Notes: a model not told the origin generated them from the sequence alone. 63,985 bases of DNA, filler included, from Octopus bimaculoides (GCF_001194135.2; 7 parts of 7 records of this genome joined end to end with filler, not necessarily neighbours in it), one strand, 5' to 3'. Counted from the whole stretch's first letter, positions 38,115 through 51,312 are shown. Numbers and translations are program-made.

Positions 38115-40394
38115 GAATTAAGGGTATGGAGACGGGGAAAGTCCCCGGCCCATCATGAATCACTGCTGAGATGCTCAAAATATCTAGCAGTGTTGGTTAT
38201 AGCCTAGTCACCCATATTGTTAACCAGGTGATACACGAAGGAGTCGTACCCAATGACTGGTGTCAACTGCTACAAAGGTAAAGGTGACGCTTTAGATACA
38301 AATAATTACAGAGGTATCAAGTTGTTAGATCAGGTAATGAAGGTCACGGAGAGGGTCATAGCCCAACCAATTAGGGAGAGAGTCAGTTTAGATGAGATGC
38401 AGTTAGGGTCCGTGCCAGGGAAAAGCACCACTGATGCTATATTTCTGGTAAGACAGCTGCAGGAGAAATACCTAGCCAAAGGATAAACCTCGGTACCTGG
38501 CTTTCGTTGACATGGAGAAAGCCTTTGACAGGGTCCCCCGATCCCTTATCTGGTGGTCAATGAGGAAACTAGGGATACAAGAATGGTTAGTGAGAGCTGT
38601 GCGAGCCATGTACAGAGACGCTGTCAGTAAGGTGAGGGTTGGCAACGAGTACAGTGAAGAATTCTGGGTAGAGGTAGGGGTCCACCAAGGTTCAGTCCTC
38701 AGCCCCCTCCTATTTATCATAGTCCTCAAGGCAATAACACAGGAATTCAAGACAGGATGCCGCTGGGAGCGCCTCTATGCTGATGACCTAGTACTAATTG
38801 CTGAGTCACTATCAGAACTAGAGGAGAAGTTTCAGGTGTAGAAACAAGGACGAGAATTGAAGGGCCTTAGAGTCAACCTAGCTAAAACCAAAGTCCTAAT
38901 AAGTAGGAAGGTAGACAAAACACAAACCCCTTCAGGTAGATGGCTCTGCTTGATCTGTAGAAAAGGCGTAGGTTAGAAACTCTATAAGATGTACCCAGCT
39001 ATGGACACATAAGAGGTGTAGCAATATCAAAGGAAGGTTAACTAGGAAGTTAGGTTTTGTATGTGGCAGATGTTCAGGAGCAATAAACACTGAAAATGTG
39101 AGAAAACAACTTCTGCCACAATTCAGGGAAAAAAACTAGACGTAGTTGATACCTTCCGCTATCTAGGTGACCAAGTTAGTAGTGGGGGAGGTTGTGCTGA
39201 AAGTGTAGCTACTAAAAAAAGAATAGCCTGGGCAAAGTTCAGAGAGCTCTTACCTCTGATAGTGACAAAGGGCCTCTCACTCAGAGTAGAAGGGAGACTG
39301 TATGACGCATGTGTACGAACAGCTATGCTACATGGGAGTGAAACATGGGCCGTGACTGCTGAGGACATGCGTAAGCTTGCATGGAATAAAGCCAGTATGC
39401 TCCGATGGATGTATAATGTCAGTGTGCATACTCGACAGAGTGTAAGTACCTTGAGAGAAAAGTTGAACCTAAGAAGCATCAGTTGTAGTGTGCAAGAGAG
39501 ATGATTGCACTGGTATGGTCATGTGGCAAGAATGGACGAGGATAGCTGCGTGAAAAAGTGCCACACTCTAGGGGTTGAGGGAGCCTGTGGAAGAGGTAGG
39601 CCCAGGAAAACCTGGGATGAGCTGGTGAAGCACGACCTTCGAACATTAGGCCTCACCGAGGCAATGACTTGTGACCAAGACCTTTCGAAATATGCTGTGT
39701 GTGAGAAGACCTGGCAAATCAAGTGAGACCATAATCCAAGGCCTCTGCCAGGGGTGTAGCCAGCCCACTTATGCGTACCTTTCCTCCGTTGGACAGTAAA
39801 CTCTACTTGCGAAGACCTGTTGGAGCAAGTGAAATCGAAATCGAACTAAATTCGACGACTGGCACCCATGCCAATCTCTCCTTCATTGGACACTAAACTC
39901 TGCTTGCGAAGACCTGTTGGGGCAAGTGAAGGCAAAATCGTGATGGCACCTGTACCAGTGGAGCGCAAAGAGCACTGTCCGAGCATGACTGTTGCCAGAG
40001 CAGCTGTCTGGCTTCCATGCCAGTGGCACGTAAATTGCACCATTTGAGCGTGATCATTACTAGCGCCACCATTCTGGCACTTGTGCTGGTGGCACGGGAA
40101 AAGACATTCAAGCGAGGTCATAGCCAGTGCCGCTGGACTGGCTTCTGTGCAGGTGGCACGTAAAATACACCATTTTGGGCATGGCTGTTGCCAGTACCGC
40201 TTGACTGGCCTTCGTGCCGGTGGCACGTAAAAGCACCTACTACACTCTCGGAATGGTTCACGTTAGGAAGGGCATCCAACTGTAGAAACTCTGCCAGATC
40301 AGATTGGAGCCTGGTGTAGCCATCTGGCTCGCCAGTCCTCAGTCAAATCGTCCAACCCATGCTAGCATAGAAAGCAGACGTTAAACGATGATGA
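38115..40394 (+). mobile_element. 5'-truncated RTE-clade LINE (RT, C-terminus and 3' UTR, (GAT)n tail), frameshifted
   Basis: NYRGIKLL, FVDMEKAFDRVP, GVHQGSVLSPLLF, LYADDL, WYGHVARM, RGRPRKTW; tail motif ttaggaagggcatcc. Confidence 0.95.
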
Positions 40395-42602
40395 TGATGA
40401 TATACACAGATATGCACACGTATATGTGTGTGTGTTAATGTATCTATACACAAAAATATGCACATACAGACAAAACAAGTATACATACATACATTCATGC
40501 GCAAACACAAAAACGTACAAGTATACACATACATGTAAACCTACATGTACATATATACACATATACATATATAAGTATACATACATACCCATAAAAATAC
40601 TCGCACATATATATATATACATACATACACATAAAAATACTCGCACATATAGATATATATACATACACACACACACATATATATGTATATATATATATAT
40701 ATNNNNNNNNNNNNNNNNNNNNNNNNNNNNNNNNNNNNNNNNNNNNTTAATTAATTAANNNNNNNNNNNNNNNNNNNNNNNNNNNNNNNNNNNNNNNNNN
40801 NNATATATATATATATATATATATAATTTATATCTTCTCCGAACAAGAAATTCATGTTTCTCTTATTGCTATAACATTTCTGTGAGTTTATTATTGAATT
40901 CTATTTTCCCTTTTAAACGCAGCTTAACATGGTGTACTTGGTTATATTAGTAAATGTCTAAATGACAACTTAGGATTTTGGGGGTAAAAAAAGGGACCAG
41001 CTAGTATGAACTTTACCGGTACAATATGTATGCAGGATTTTCCTGAAGTTCAAATTGTAACAATTGTAGTTGTTATTCAAATTCCAGTCATGGAGCTTTG
41101 GTTTTTTTTGCTTAGAAATCATACTAATTCTAATAAATCATACTAATTCTAATAAATATAAAAAGCAAAGACAGCGAACCCACTTCCTTCAAGATGTGCA
41201 AGTACAGACAGCTATTGTTGGCTCATATTAAGGCAATAATGTGTATAATGTGTGAAATGCTCGGCAATTACCTGTAGATACTAATGCACAGAAACAATTA
41301 TAGGTATTTGGATTACAGCCTGTTCATTCCATCTTGTATTAAAATGCTTACACACACACACACACACACAGAGCACGGAATACTATATTTTAACTACATT
41401 CAATCTTTCATCCTATGCTAGATAGTAAACAAGAGTACACAGTGCCGTGTGAGTGATACAAAACTGCTGCATTAATAAGAAAGACGTTAGACACTATGAA
41501 CCAGGGATTAAAAGTCCGAAGGCTTAAGTTACCATTAGTTATTGATCGATACTGTACAGATAAACGTCTTATCTTTACTAAGCAAAATCTCACAATCTGA
41601 ATAAACTTCTCTAGTGACAAATAATTTTCTATTATGGATGTCTTTCATAAAATATCTTGCTTTTGTTTCTCAGCTTTGTGGACAACATCTCTCCTGATAT
41701 CATGTGAATAAATGCCAGCAGACAGGAAAAGCTGATAAATGTTCGTAAGATTAAGCAGTTATGAATATATCGGCATCTCTCATTGAGAACAGTGGACAGA
41801 GATCTTGTATATGAAGATGTGGACCAGATTGATCTACAGATAGTTTATGTTGATACACTGAGTGATTGAGGAGTTGCATGCCACTGGGAAGTTCTTAGCT
41901 TTTGTCGAATATTATTCTGTATGATTCCATTCCTCTTTGATTATTCGTAGATCGAAGGTGAATGTGAAAATATAATTTTTATTATTATCTACATAAATTA
42001 CATCTCCGAACACAAAATTCATACTTCTATCAATACTGTAACAGTTAATTTCTGTACGGTTAATTTTGAATTCTGTTTCCTTCTTGTGAAAAACATTTAA
42101 ACGTTATTGAACGCGCCCATCTTGGTGGCCTAAGTTAGCACTGATCAGACTTCTATCTTTTGCACTCATGGTTGTCTGAAAAACAGATTTGTAACATCAA
42201 GATCTCTGAAAATCAGGTAGTGGTCCCCTCTTGTTCTTCACCTTAAGATATTCAACTTAAATTTTCTGGCTTATTATTTTGATAAAATGCAGAAACTTGT
42301 GTATTCACGGAACTGGCAATTAAATTATTGTCTTTACACATTAATAGCTGAGATTGTTTCAAGCGGCATGCAGAGATGTTGTTGAAATTTCTCATTGGTA
42401 TGTTCTGCATAATTCATTGTCACGAACCAGAAGTTTGGTGTTATCATCTGAGTAGACGTTGAACAATAATAGAGCCACATCACTAGTTTGAGGTAGTCGC
42501 GTTCGTAGTTTTGGACTGCGTTTTTTTGTCATTCAGTATCATAAAGAAGCGTAAATTAACAAAAAAGTTATTTAACAGTTAATTTTATCTATTTTCTTTT
42601 AG

Positions 42603-42712
42603 ATCAATACAAACTAATAATAAACTTAAATACAGCTCAGTTTAAACTTCGCCTAAGTACTGCTTTAATTTCAATAATGAAAATATCTCCATTGAGAATC
42701 CAGAAACTTCAG
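42603..42712 (+). CDS. Putative internal exon A of an uncharacterised host gene (SEA-like module, N-terminal half)
   Basis: Acceptor attttcttttag, donor CAG/gtatgt; single open frame (x)QYKLIINLNTAQFKLRLSTALISIMKISPLRIQKLQ ending in phase 0. Confidence 0.65.
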
Positions 42713-42827
42713 GTATGTATTTTAACTTTGATATTGCACCATTTAATATATGCATACATACTTAATGCATACATACATATATAATGCATATATACAACTA
42801 TACATAGATACACACACACATATGTAG

Positions 42828-42889
<62 letters not shown>

Positions 42890-43199
42890 AGAGAGAGAGA
42901 GGGAGAGAGGGGAAAAAGAGAAAGAGGAGAGAGAGGGAGTTACTGTAGTCACCGTTAAAAACGTCTTCATTGCTATATTTACTTTTGTTTTGTAATGATA
43001 CCATGTGTCTATATAAAATTAAGTATTAAAGTCTTTCTCTGTACATTTACGATATGGAACACGCATACACATACACACACACACACTTACCCATATGATA
43101 GATTTACACGTCGATTTCGACCTATGAGGGGGGGGCCTATACTTCTATGGAAAAATTTTAGTTCTTACGCTTGAGTTTCTTGTGAGATGAGTTGTTATG

Positions 43200-43500
43200 A
43201 CAGCTATAGTGAACTGATGATTTGGTGATAAGGAGGAAGGCTTGTGCTGGGTAAACAGCACATTTTGGAGAAACTGATCGCAGAAAATGGTGCACAATAT
43301 GTTACGGGTATCCCCAGTTGCTCTCACAGAACTCATGATTTATTTCATGGTGATTTTCTTTAATGAGATCTATGTGATTCCATAAATCAATGGCCTGACA
43401 GCGGGCCGGATCCATGTTATTCCTAGATGGAAGTCGAACCTTCAGTGTGTCCAGCTACCTAATTGACACGAATTGGTTTATGCCCTGCTAGCATTCTAGT
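43200..43500 (+). mobile_element. Possible ancient LTR-retrotransposon integrase-core relic
   Basis: HFG, LEKLIAENGAQYVT and P*INGLT fragments resemble G.P..L.SDNG.QF and HPQ.NG; weak. Confidence 0.3.
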
Positions 43501-43676
43501 TTCCCATCAGGCAGGCCTTTTGGAAGTGACAGTATTAATGTTCAATTCCTGCAAACATAAGGAAAAAAAAAAGGCATAAATAAGCGCAAAGAGAAAACGC
43601 TTCCATATTACATACACACTTTACATTTTGACGATACCCGCCAAAACAGGACAACCAAAATACAAAATATTCATAT

Positions 43677-43831
43677 AGGCGTGGCTGTGTGGTAAGAAGC
43701 TTGCTTTCTAACCTCATGGATCTGGGTTCAGTCTTACTGCGTGGCACATTAGGCAAGTGTCTTCTGCTATAGCCTTGGACCGATTAAAGCCTTGTAATTG
43801 TATTTGGTAGGCGGGTACAGAAAGAAGCACG

Positions 43832-43915
<84 letters not shown>

Positions 43916-44200
43916 GTATATATATGTATGTATGTATATGTGTGTGTGTATGTGTGTCTTTGTGTTTATGTTTGTCCTCCATCACCGCTTGACATCCGGT
44001 GTCAGTGTATTTCCGTCCCTGTAACTTAGCGGTTTGGTTAAAGTGACAGATAGAATCAGTACCAGGCTTCAAAAAAAAAAAAAAAAAAAAAAAAAAAGAA
44101 AAAAATTATTACTGGGGTCGATTCATTCAACTAAAAATTCTTCAAGGTTGTGCTCCAGCATGGTCACAATCTAATGACTGAAACAAGTAAAAGATAAAAA
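43677..44200 (+). mobile_element. Full-length family-B SINE with internal (CA)n/(TA)n and an A-rich tract
   Basis: A box tggctgtgtggtaag, B box gggttcagtc, 3' ggtgctccagcatgg...gactgaaacaagtaaaaga. Confidence 0.88.
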
Positions 44201-44393
44201 ATAAAGAATACAATATTTAGAGAGAATTGACATTGCTCTGACTGTAATCTTGGATCTCACTCTTCTAACTTATTTAAGAAGGTACATCTTCAAAAGCAAA
44301 AAATCTAACAGGCATAGAAATAAAATCTTCCAAGAATACCTAACGAAAATATATATAAAAAAGAACGAATAAAAATCAAACAAATGCAACAAT

Positions 44394-44800
44394 CCTTTCT
44401 ACTATAGATACAGGGCCTGAAATTTCAGGGGTAAGGATAAGTCGATTACATCGACCCCAGTACTCAACTGGTACTTATTTTATCGACTCCGAAAGGGATA
44501 AAAGGTAAAGTTGACCTCGGCGGAATATGAACTCAGAACGCAAAGACGGGCGAAATACTGTGCTAACAATTCTTATTTCGTTATTGCCCACAAGGGGATA
44601 AACATAGAGGGGACAAAAAAAGGACAGACAAAGGGATTAAGTCGATTGCATCGACCCCAGTGTGCAACTGGTACTTAATTTATCGACCCCGAAAGGCAAA
44701 GTCAACCTCGGCGGAATTTGAACTCACAACGTAACGGTAGACGAAATACCACTAAACATTTCACCCCGTATGCTAACAATTCTGCCAGTTCGCCGTTCTC
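44394..44800 (-). mobile_element. Composite of two family-A SINE units with different 3' tails
   Basis: Units 44394-44573 and 44574-44797; flanking direct repeat aacaaatgca(a)acaat at 44379-44393 and 44801-44816. Confidence 0.85.
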
Positions 44801-45012
44801 AACAAATGCAAACAATGAGAATAAAAATGAAGCACATTATAAGCATTGAGATCGTAAATTACAGCAATTAACAAAGAACCACAAAATTTAACACTTGAAC
44901 ACTTGCAGAAAACTAAGCAATTACAACTGAACCAGAGCTGCAAATGAAAAAAAAACTATGGATAAAAGTGAGAAGATTTAATGATAATATTTAAAAATGA
45001 AGTAAGCAGAAG

Positions 45013-45280
45013 CATGGCTGCATGATTTAGAAGTTCGCTTCCCAACTGCATGGTTTCAAATTCAAACACACTGCGTGGTACCCAGGCCTACCACAGCATT
45101 GTGAATAGAGTTGGTAGACAGAGACTGAAGAAAGCCTGCAGTACATACATGCATACGTGCGTGCGTGCGTGTGTTTACCTCTTTCTGTTGACTTCACGTG
45201 TTAGTTATAATCAAACGTTGCCGTCATACAAACGGTGTCCCTCACTTTAGAAAAGTCGGCGTTAAACTAATAATGATGAC
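45013..45280 (+). mobile_element. Decayed family-B-like SINE
   Basis: catggctgcatgatttagaag...ttcccaactgcatggtttcaaattc...ttggtagacagagactgaagaaagcc. Confidence 0.6.
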
Positions 45281-45444
45281 AATAATGATGATTTGATGGT
45301 TGTGACAGAAAGTTTGAATGCGATAGTAACTTAGAGGTGAAAATGATTGAAGCATTACAATCTGTCTATAGACCGACGGAAGAGCAATTTAAAATAAAAC
45401 TTAGTAATAAAGTAGAAGTGTCGATGAATAATAGCTTCTAATTA

Positions 45445-45650
45445 AGGTATAATGGCAACAATTTTGAGGGGAGGGTTTAACTGATAAAGTCGATTCCAGT
45501 ATTTGACCGATAGTTTATTTTATCGACCTCCTAGAGGAATAAAGGAAAAGTTGATATCGACGGAATTGAACTTAGAACGTAGAGAGCCGGAACCAATACT
45601 ACAAAGTGTTTTGGCCAACGCTCTAACGATTCTGTTAGTTTATCGCCGTA
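45445..45650 (-). mobile_element. Decayed family-A SINE
   Basis: gtcgattccagtatttgac...tttatcgacc...cggaattgaacttagaacg. Confidence 0.7.
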
Positions 45651-45839
45651 CAATAATAAATAATACAGACCTAGCTCCGGCGCAAACAGTGAAACATTCA
45701 GAGAACTATAATATAACAAATAATCTATGAGTAAGCTAGAGAAATTAACAAAGAGAGTTCTTCAAAATAACTAGGATTGGAAACAGCATGGAAAAGAAAG
45801 ACTGGAAGATAAAAAATATAATGAAAGACTTTCGAAATC

Positions 45840-48520
45840 CTGAATGAAATCAACAACTAGAAAAACAAAAACAACAACAACTAACAACGAAAAAGCGAAA
45901 CAAAAAACAAACAAACAAAAAAAAACAACAACTGAGAATAAAAAGGTAGAGGGGGAAAATACTATTAGGAAAACTACAAAAATTGAATTATCCAAAATCG
46001 AAGAATGCATGAAACAAGAAGCTCTTGCAAAGAATCTGTCACTATGGAAAGTTTTAATGTTCCGAGAACTATATTCTGAAATAATATAGTTCTGAATAAA
46101 AGACGTGATGAATAAAAGACAGCGTCTGAATAAAAGACGTGATGAATAAAAGACAGCGTCTGAATAAAAGACGTGATGGTCAAGGCCGTTACAATTGTGA
46201 TCATAGGACTGCTCAATAAGAGCTGATATGGAGTTGAATAACGACAATAAGAATGACTACAACAACAACAGCTGTACCCGGTCACTCAAACTGTTAGATA
46301 TAGCGGTCAAATAACTTTTGAATCACACCTTAAAAATCTTAAAAAAGGACAACATTAATTAATGTAGTTCTAGGTACTAAAACGAGTGATGGCCACAGAG
46401 TGAATTTTTTGTTTAGATGTCTTCTCGACCTCTTATTATATCGTGCTAAATAACAAGAACAAAAACTACGGTCTTATACACTGATTACATACTTTATAAA
46501 AAAAAAAACACCTTAATATTACGGTTACCTGGAAACGGCAAAAAAGCAAAATAATGAAAAAACAATCAAAATCAGCACAGCGCCAGAAGATCAGAGGGAA
46601 TACTGCCTATACAAGCTCATTAGGTCATGAAGATCAGCTATTGATTAACTAATCCATTAATAAATACTAAAGAAGGAGACAAACATTTGATCAAGGCATA
46701 AATTGATTGTTAAAAGGATTTTAACGTCCTTCTCACAGAATGGATTTTAGTCATATTAGCCATAAGTAGGGGTGCATTAATAATAAGCAAGTACATAAAA
46801 TATTCCATGAAAAATAGCAATTTTCCAGACCCCTTCCCAAGACAAGAGAATTATGAAACAAATCCTATCTTCATTAGAAATGAATTTCAAGGGATTTTCC
46901 TCTCCAATAATTTTCTGCTTAGATTTAGCACCTTTAAACTAGTATACTAGACCAAAATGGATTCAGATGCAATGGCAGACAGTCAACGTTTCTTTATATA
47001 CAAATGACGTCAGCCTGCTCGCTACGCATAACAAACGAATGAAAACATTGATACATGGACTCTATGGATTCAGTAGAGGAATTGACACGCTATTCAGTTT
47101 GGAAACCATATACCAAAACGACATTGAAGAAAGGAATATTATTTAAAAATAATATCAAGTTAGATAAACAAAAACAAAAAAAAAACAATAAAAAGAACAA
47201 AAAGCAAAACTATTAATAAGAAATTTAGATGCAAAACAGATTTACAAATTCTCAGAAATTAATGAAAAGGAAATTAGGAAAAGTACAGCGCACACAAACG
47301 AAAGAAATGCTGAAAATAAGTGTTAATACTGTAGCTGATCCAGTAGTAAGGTAAAGTTTAATATTCTCAACTAAAACATAGGTAAATTAAGCTAAACATG
47401 ATACAAAAATTATAATTGCATTTAAAATACGCTGCCAAAATCCAACATAGATTTACAGACCATGAACGCAGAACGAGTCTGCTGCAACTAGATAATTATT
47501 ATAAAGTATTTATCGTATGATGCAAATATATTTTGGAAAGTATAAAGAAAAACTAATAGTTACAAAATATGAATAAAAGAATGAAGTGTTTTCTGTTTTC
47601 ACGGAAGCCAAGAAATATAACACAAAAGCTGAGACGTAAGAAAGTTGTGAAGTGAATGAGAAAAATGATAACAGACATTGTTAAGAAACTAAATACTCAG
47701 CTGAAAATATAGTTGGTAAGAAAAGTCACAGCTACGCCAGAAGACTGAAAAGAACAACAAAAAGAAAAAAAAAGAAACAGATTGATAAAAACAACTCAGC
47801 AACGACAGAAATATTTGAATGAAACCTGAAATTTGAATATCTTTTGTTGCAGCACAAGACCGAAACCTTTCCTTCGAAATATAGTAAAAACATATAATAT
47901 AGTAGAATGCAGAACGTAAATGCGGCTTTCACCCAGGCGGCCAAAGTTTGATTCTCGGCATGGTTACGCTATAGTTTCACACTGGTGGTGCTCCAGCATG
48001 GCCGCAGCCTCGAGGCTGAAGCGTTTAAAAGAATCAAAGAATATGTGGTACGCGCGCGCGCACACATTTTAAAGTAGGAGCGTTCCTACACTATGAATTA
48101 TGTCTGTATTACGAGATATCCACAGAAACGTGGGTACAAAGGCATCACAAAAAGTCTCAGATAACGACAGTTGACCATACTGTGGGACATGTCAATTTAT
48201 AGTAACAGGGAGATTAGTAAAAAAACCTCTAAATGTTATGTCAAATACTATCAAGAAGTCGAATGTGTCAATCGATGTATCGATTTCAACAGACGACAAC
48301 ACTCTATATCCTTAAACAAAATGAAGAACTCTCCAAATACAAATGCCTGGGAATAGAGACAACCAGAATGTTCGGATTGAAATAGGAAATGATCTCACAA
48401 AATAGGTGTCTTATGAATGTCAATGAAGTACGAATGCCTTATCAAAACACCCGGACTTACATACACAACATACAAACAAAATAACACTTTTAGGTAATGC
48501 GCACATATTACACCGAAGTA
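45840..48520 (+). mobile_element. Long, highly degenerate R4/Dong-like non-LTR retrotransposon
   Basis: In order: FQG.SSPIIFCLDLAPL-like, FLYTNDVSLLA (YMDD-derived), GFSRGIDTLFSLE, TILWDMSIYSNREI; interrupted by SINE fragments. Confidence 0.6.
46091..46178 (+). repeat. 34-bp tandem repeat x2.6, built from five tgaataaaagac cores with alternating spacers
   Basis: Read directly from the sequence. Confidence 0.95.
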
Positions 48521-48971
48521 TTTCAAAACAAATACAAACAGACACAATAAACAAAACAAAAACACACCTCACAACAAAACACTCAGAACCAAGCTCGGTT
48601 GCTCAAAGCAATCACGTCACAAAAATTGTTCCAGAATAATATTGCTTTTGACCTTCTGTATATTTCTGTGTTTGAGTTTTTTTTAAAATTCATATTTATA
48701 CTTATCAAAAAGATTTTATTCATCGATGTTCGTGTTGAAGCCATAAGTTGTTTTTGGAATAATAATAGGCTTGAAAAACTCAAGAGTGTCAACACAATGA
48801 AAAGCTGTGGCTGTTTTAGATCGTTACTGCAATGAAGCCATTGCACAGAACATCTGAAAGCTGTTCATTTTAAAATGATTTATCGAATTACATTAGAGTT
48901 TACAGTTGGAAAAGTTAATCTCTTTTGTATTTCAGTTTCCGACAAAATATTTCACTTATTGAATATTTCAG

Positions 48972-49136
48972 CTTTTAGACGCAGAGAATGGCTACATAAT
49001 TCAGTTTAGTGTCACTGAACAAGTCAATTTTAATGGAGGAAAACGAAAACGAACATCGTTAATCGACGCTCTGAAACTACTGTCTACTACTCTTGAGAAA
49101 AAAGAACTCAAAGTTAAACTAGGCTCTCAATATGAG
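48972..49136 (+). CDS. Putative internal exon B of the same host gene (SEA-like module, C-terminal half)
   Basis: Acceptor gaatatttcag, donor GAG/gtaaga; 165 nt, phase 0-0; LLDAENGYIIQFSVTEQVNFNGGKRKRTSLIDALKLLSTTLEKKELKVKLGSQYE. Confidence 0.7.
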
Positions 49137-50139
49137 GTAAGAACTCATTCAGTATATTTTTCTATATAACTTGTTTCTTTTTTTGCAATGGCTTACTGCT
49201 AGAAAGAAGGGGTAGTAACTATAACATTTATTATTGGACATCATCTGAGAGTGATAAATGAAAGGGAAGAAGAAACCACAATACATGGTTTGAGGAAAGT
49301 AGACAGCATCGAATCTGGATATGAAGTTAGCTTAAGACCCAGGCTCTTTCTAGAATACTTGAAACTGAGCCGATGCAGATAAAAACGCACTCTAAAACCA
49401 GGCAACCAGAATTGAGTCCATCAACTAAAGTGTCTATAATGCAGTTCTATTGTTTGTGTCACCCAATATCTTTTTATCTGCTAGAATGATGTACGTGACT
49501 GATGTTAGTTTAAAATGGAGTGGGCAAATAGAATGAGGGTAATTTGCCAGTCTATCTTAAACAGAGGTCGAAAATTTTATTCGTTGTTACTCTACAACTA
49601 GAAATATGATCACCATCAGGTACAGTTATTGCTTTCTTTCTCTCTTTTCCCTCATTTCTTCTCTTTCTACTTCCTTTTTTCTCTCTCGTACATACATTTT
49701 ATTAATCATCTCGAAGTAACATAAGAACATAATATCTGTACTCTAGTCTCTAAGGTCGCTACCCGTTTCTCAGTTGGTCAAGGTAAACAGCGAGGTTAAT
49801 GCTATCCGTCATACTAATGGATCAAACGTTAAATGAAACAATCCAGAATCTCTCAGCAATAAGTTTTCACCAGTTTATGAAATGCTATTAATAGGTTAAT
49901 TAAAATACTTCTGTATATTTACATATATCGTCGTCGTATTGTATCATACGCCTGCAGCGCATTGAAATCACTACAAGGAGTTTTCCCCATTAAGCGCGAG
50001 TCCTCCGGCTGTCTTACTACTCTTGTAGAACCAGCTCTTGATATTCTCTGTCCATTGCATGCTTTGATTATCTCTTGCTCTGCTGCTCTTTACTCTCCCT
50101 TCCATGATAATGTTTTACAAACCGCTGCTTCTTCGAATT

Positions 50140-50476
50140 GTTGTTGGCACTCCACCGCTTATGACGTCGAGGGTTCCAGTTGATCCGATCAACGGAACAG
50201 CGTGCTCGTGAAATTAACGTGCAAGTGGCTGAGCACTCCACAGACACGTGTACCCTTAACGTAGTTCTCGGGGATATTCAGCGTGACACAGTGTGACTAG
50301 GTTGACCCTTTGAATTACAGGCACAACAGAAACAGGAAATAAGAGTGAGAGAATGTTGTGGTGAAAGAGTACAGCAGGGTACGCCACCATCCCCTGCCGG
50401 AGCCTCGCGGAGCTTTAGGTGTTTTCGCTCAATAAACACTCACAACGCCCAGTCTGGGAATCGAAACCACGATCCT
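50140..50476 (-). mobile_element. Family-C SINE, 5' end in a gap
   Basis: Near-identical to 6533-6919. Confidence 0.9.
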
Positions 50477-51312
50477 NNNNNNNNNNNNNNNNNNNNNNNN
50501 NNNNNNNNNNNNNNNNNNNNNNNNNNNNNNNNNNNNNNNNNNNNNNNNNNNNNNNNNNNNNNNNNNNNNNNNNNNNNNNNNNNNNNNNNNNNNNNNNNNN
50601 NNNNNNNNNNNNNNNNNNNNNNNNNNNNNNNNNNNNNNNNNNNNNNNNNNNNNNNNNNNNNNNNNNNNNNNNNNNNNNNNNNNNNNNNNNNNNNNNNNNN
50701 NNNNNNNNNNNNNNNNNNNNNNNNNNNNNNNNNNNNNNNNNNNNNNNNNNNNNNNNNNNNNNNNNNNNNNNNNNNNNNNNNNNNNNNNNNNNNNNNNNNN
50801 NNNNNNNNNNNNNNNNNNNNNNNNNNNNNNNNNNNNNNNNNNNNNNNNNNNNNNNNNNNNNNNNNNNNNNNNNNNNNNNNNNNNNNNNNNNNNNNNNNNN
50901 NNNNNNNNNNNNNNNNNNNNNNNNNNNNNNNNNNNNNNNNNNNNNNNNNNNNNNNNNNNNNNNNNNNNNNNNNNNNNNNNNNNNNNNNNNNNNNNNNNNN
51001 NNNNNNNNNNNNNNNNNNNNNNNNNNNNNNNNNNNNNNNNNNNNNNNNNNNNNNNNNNNNNNNNNNNNNNNNNNNNNNNNNNNNNNNNNNNNNNNNNNNN
51101 NNNNNNNNNNNNNNNNNNNNNNNNNNNNNNNNNNNNNNNNNNNNNNNNNNNNNNNNNNNNNNNNNNNNNNNNNNNNNNNNNNNNNNNNNNNNNNNNNNNN
51201 NNNNNNNNNNNNNNNNNNNNNNNNNNNNNNNNNNNNNNNNNNNNNNNNNNNNNNNNNNNNNNNNNNNNNNNNNNNNNNNNNNNNATATATATATATATAT
51301 ATAATACTTATC

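Noticed and set aside
41674-41744. Exon-like segment with an in-frame TGA (selenocysteine idea)
   Set aside because: All three frames have stops, no SECIS was recognised and no homology is evident.
42348-42397. Exon-like LRLFQAACRDVVEISH with gtatgt donor
   Set aside because: Ends in phase 2, incompatible with the phase-1 start of exon A.
46091-46178. CRISPR-like repeat-spacer appearance (also 54709-54818)
   Set aside because: Spacers are 4-6 nt and recurring, context is eukaryotic, and there are no cas genes.
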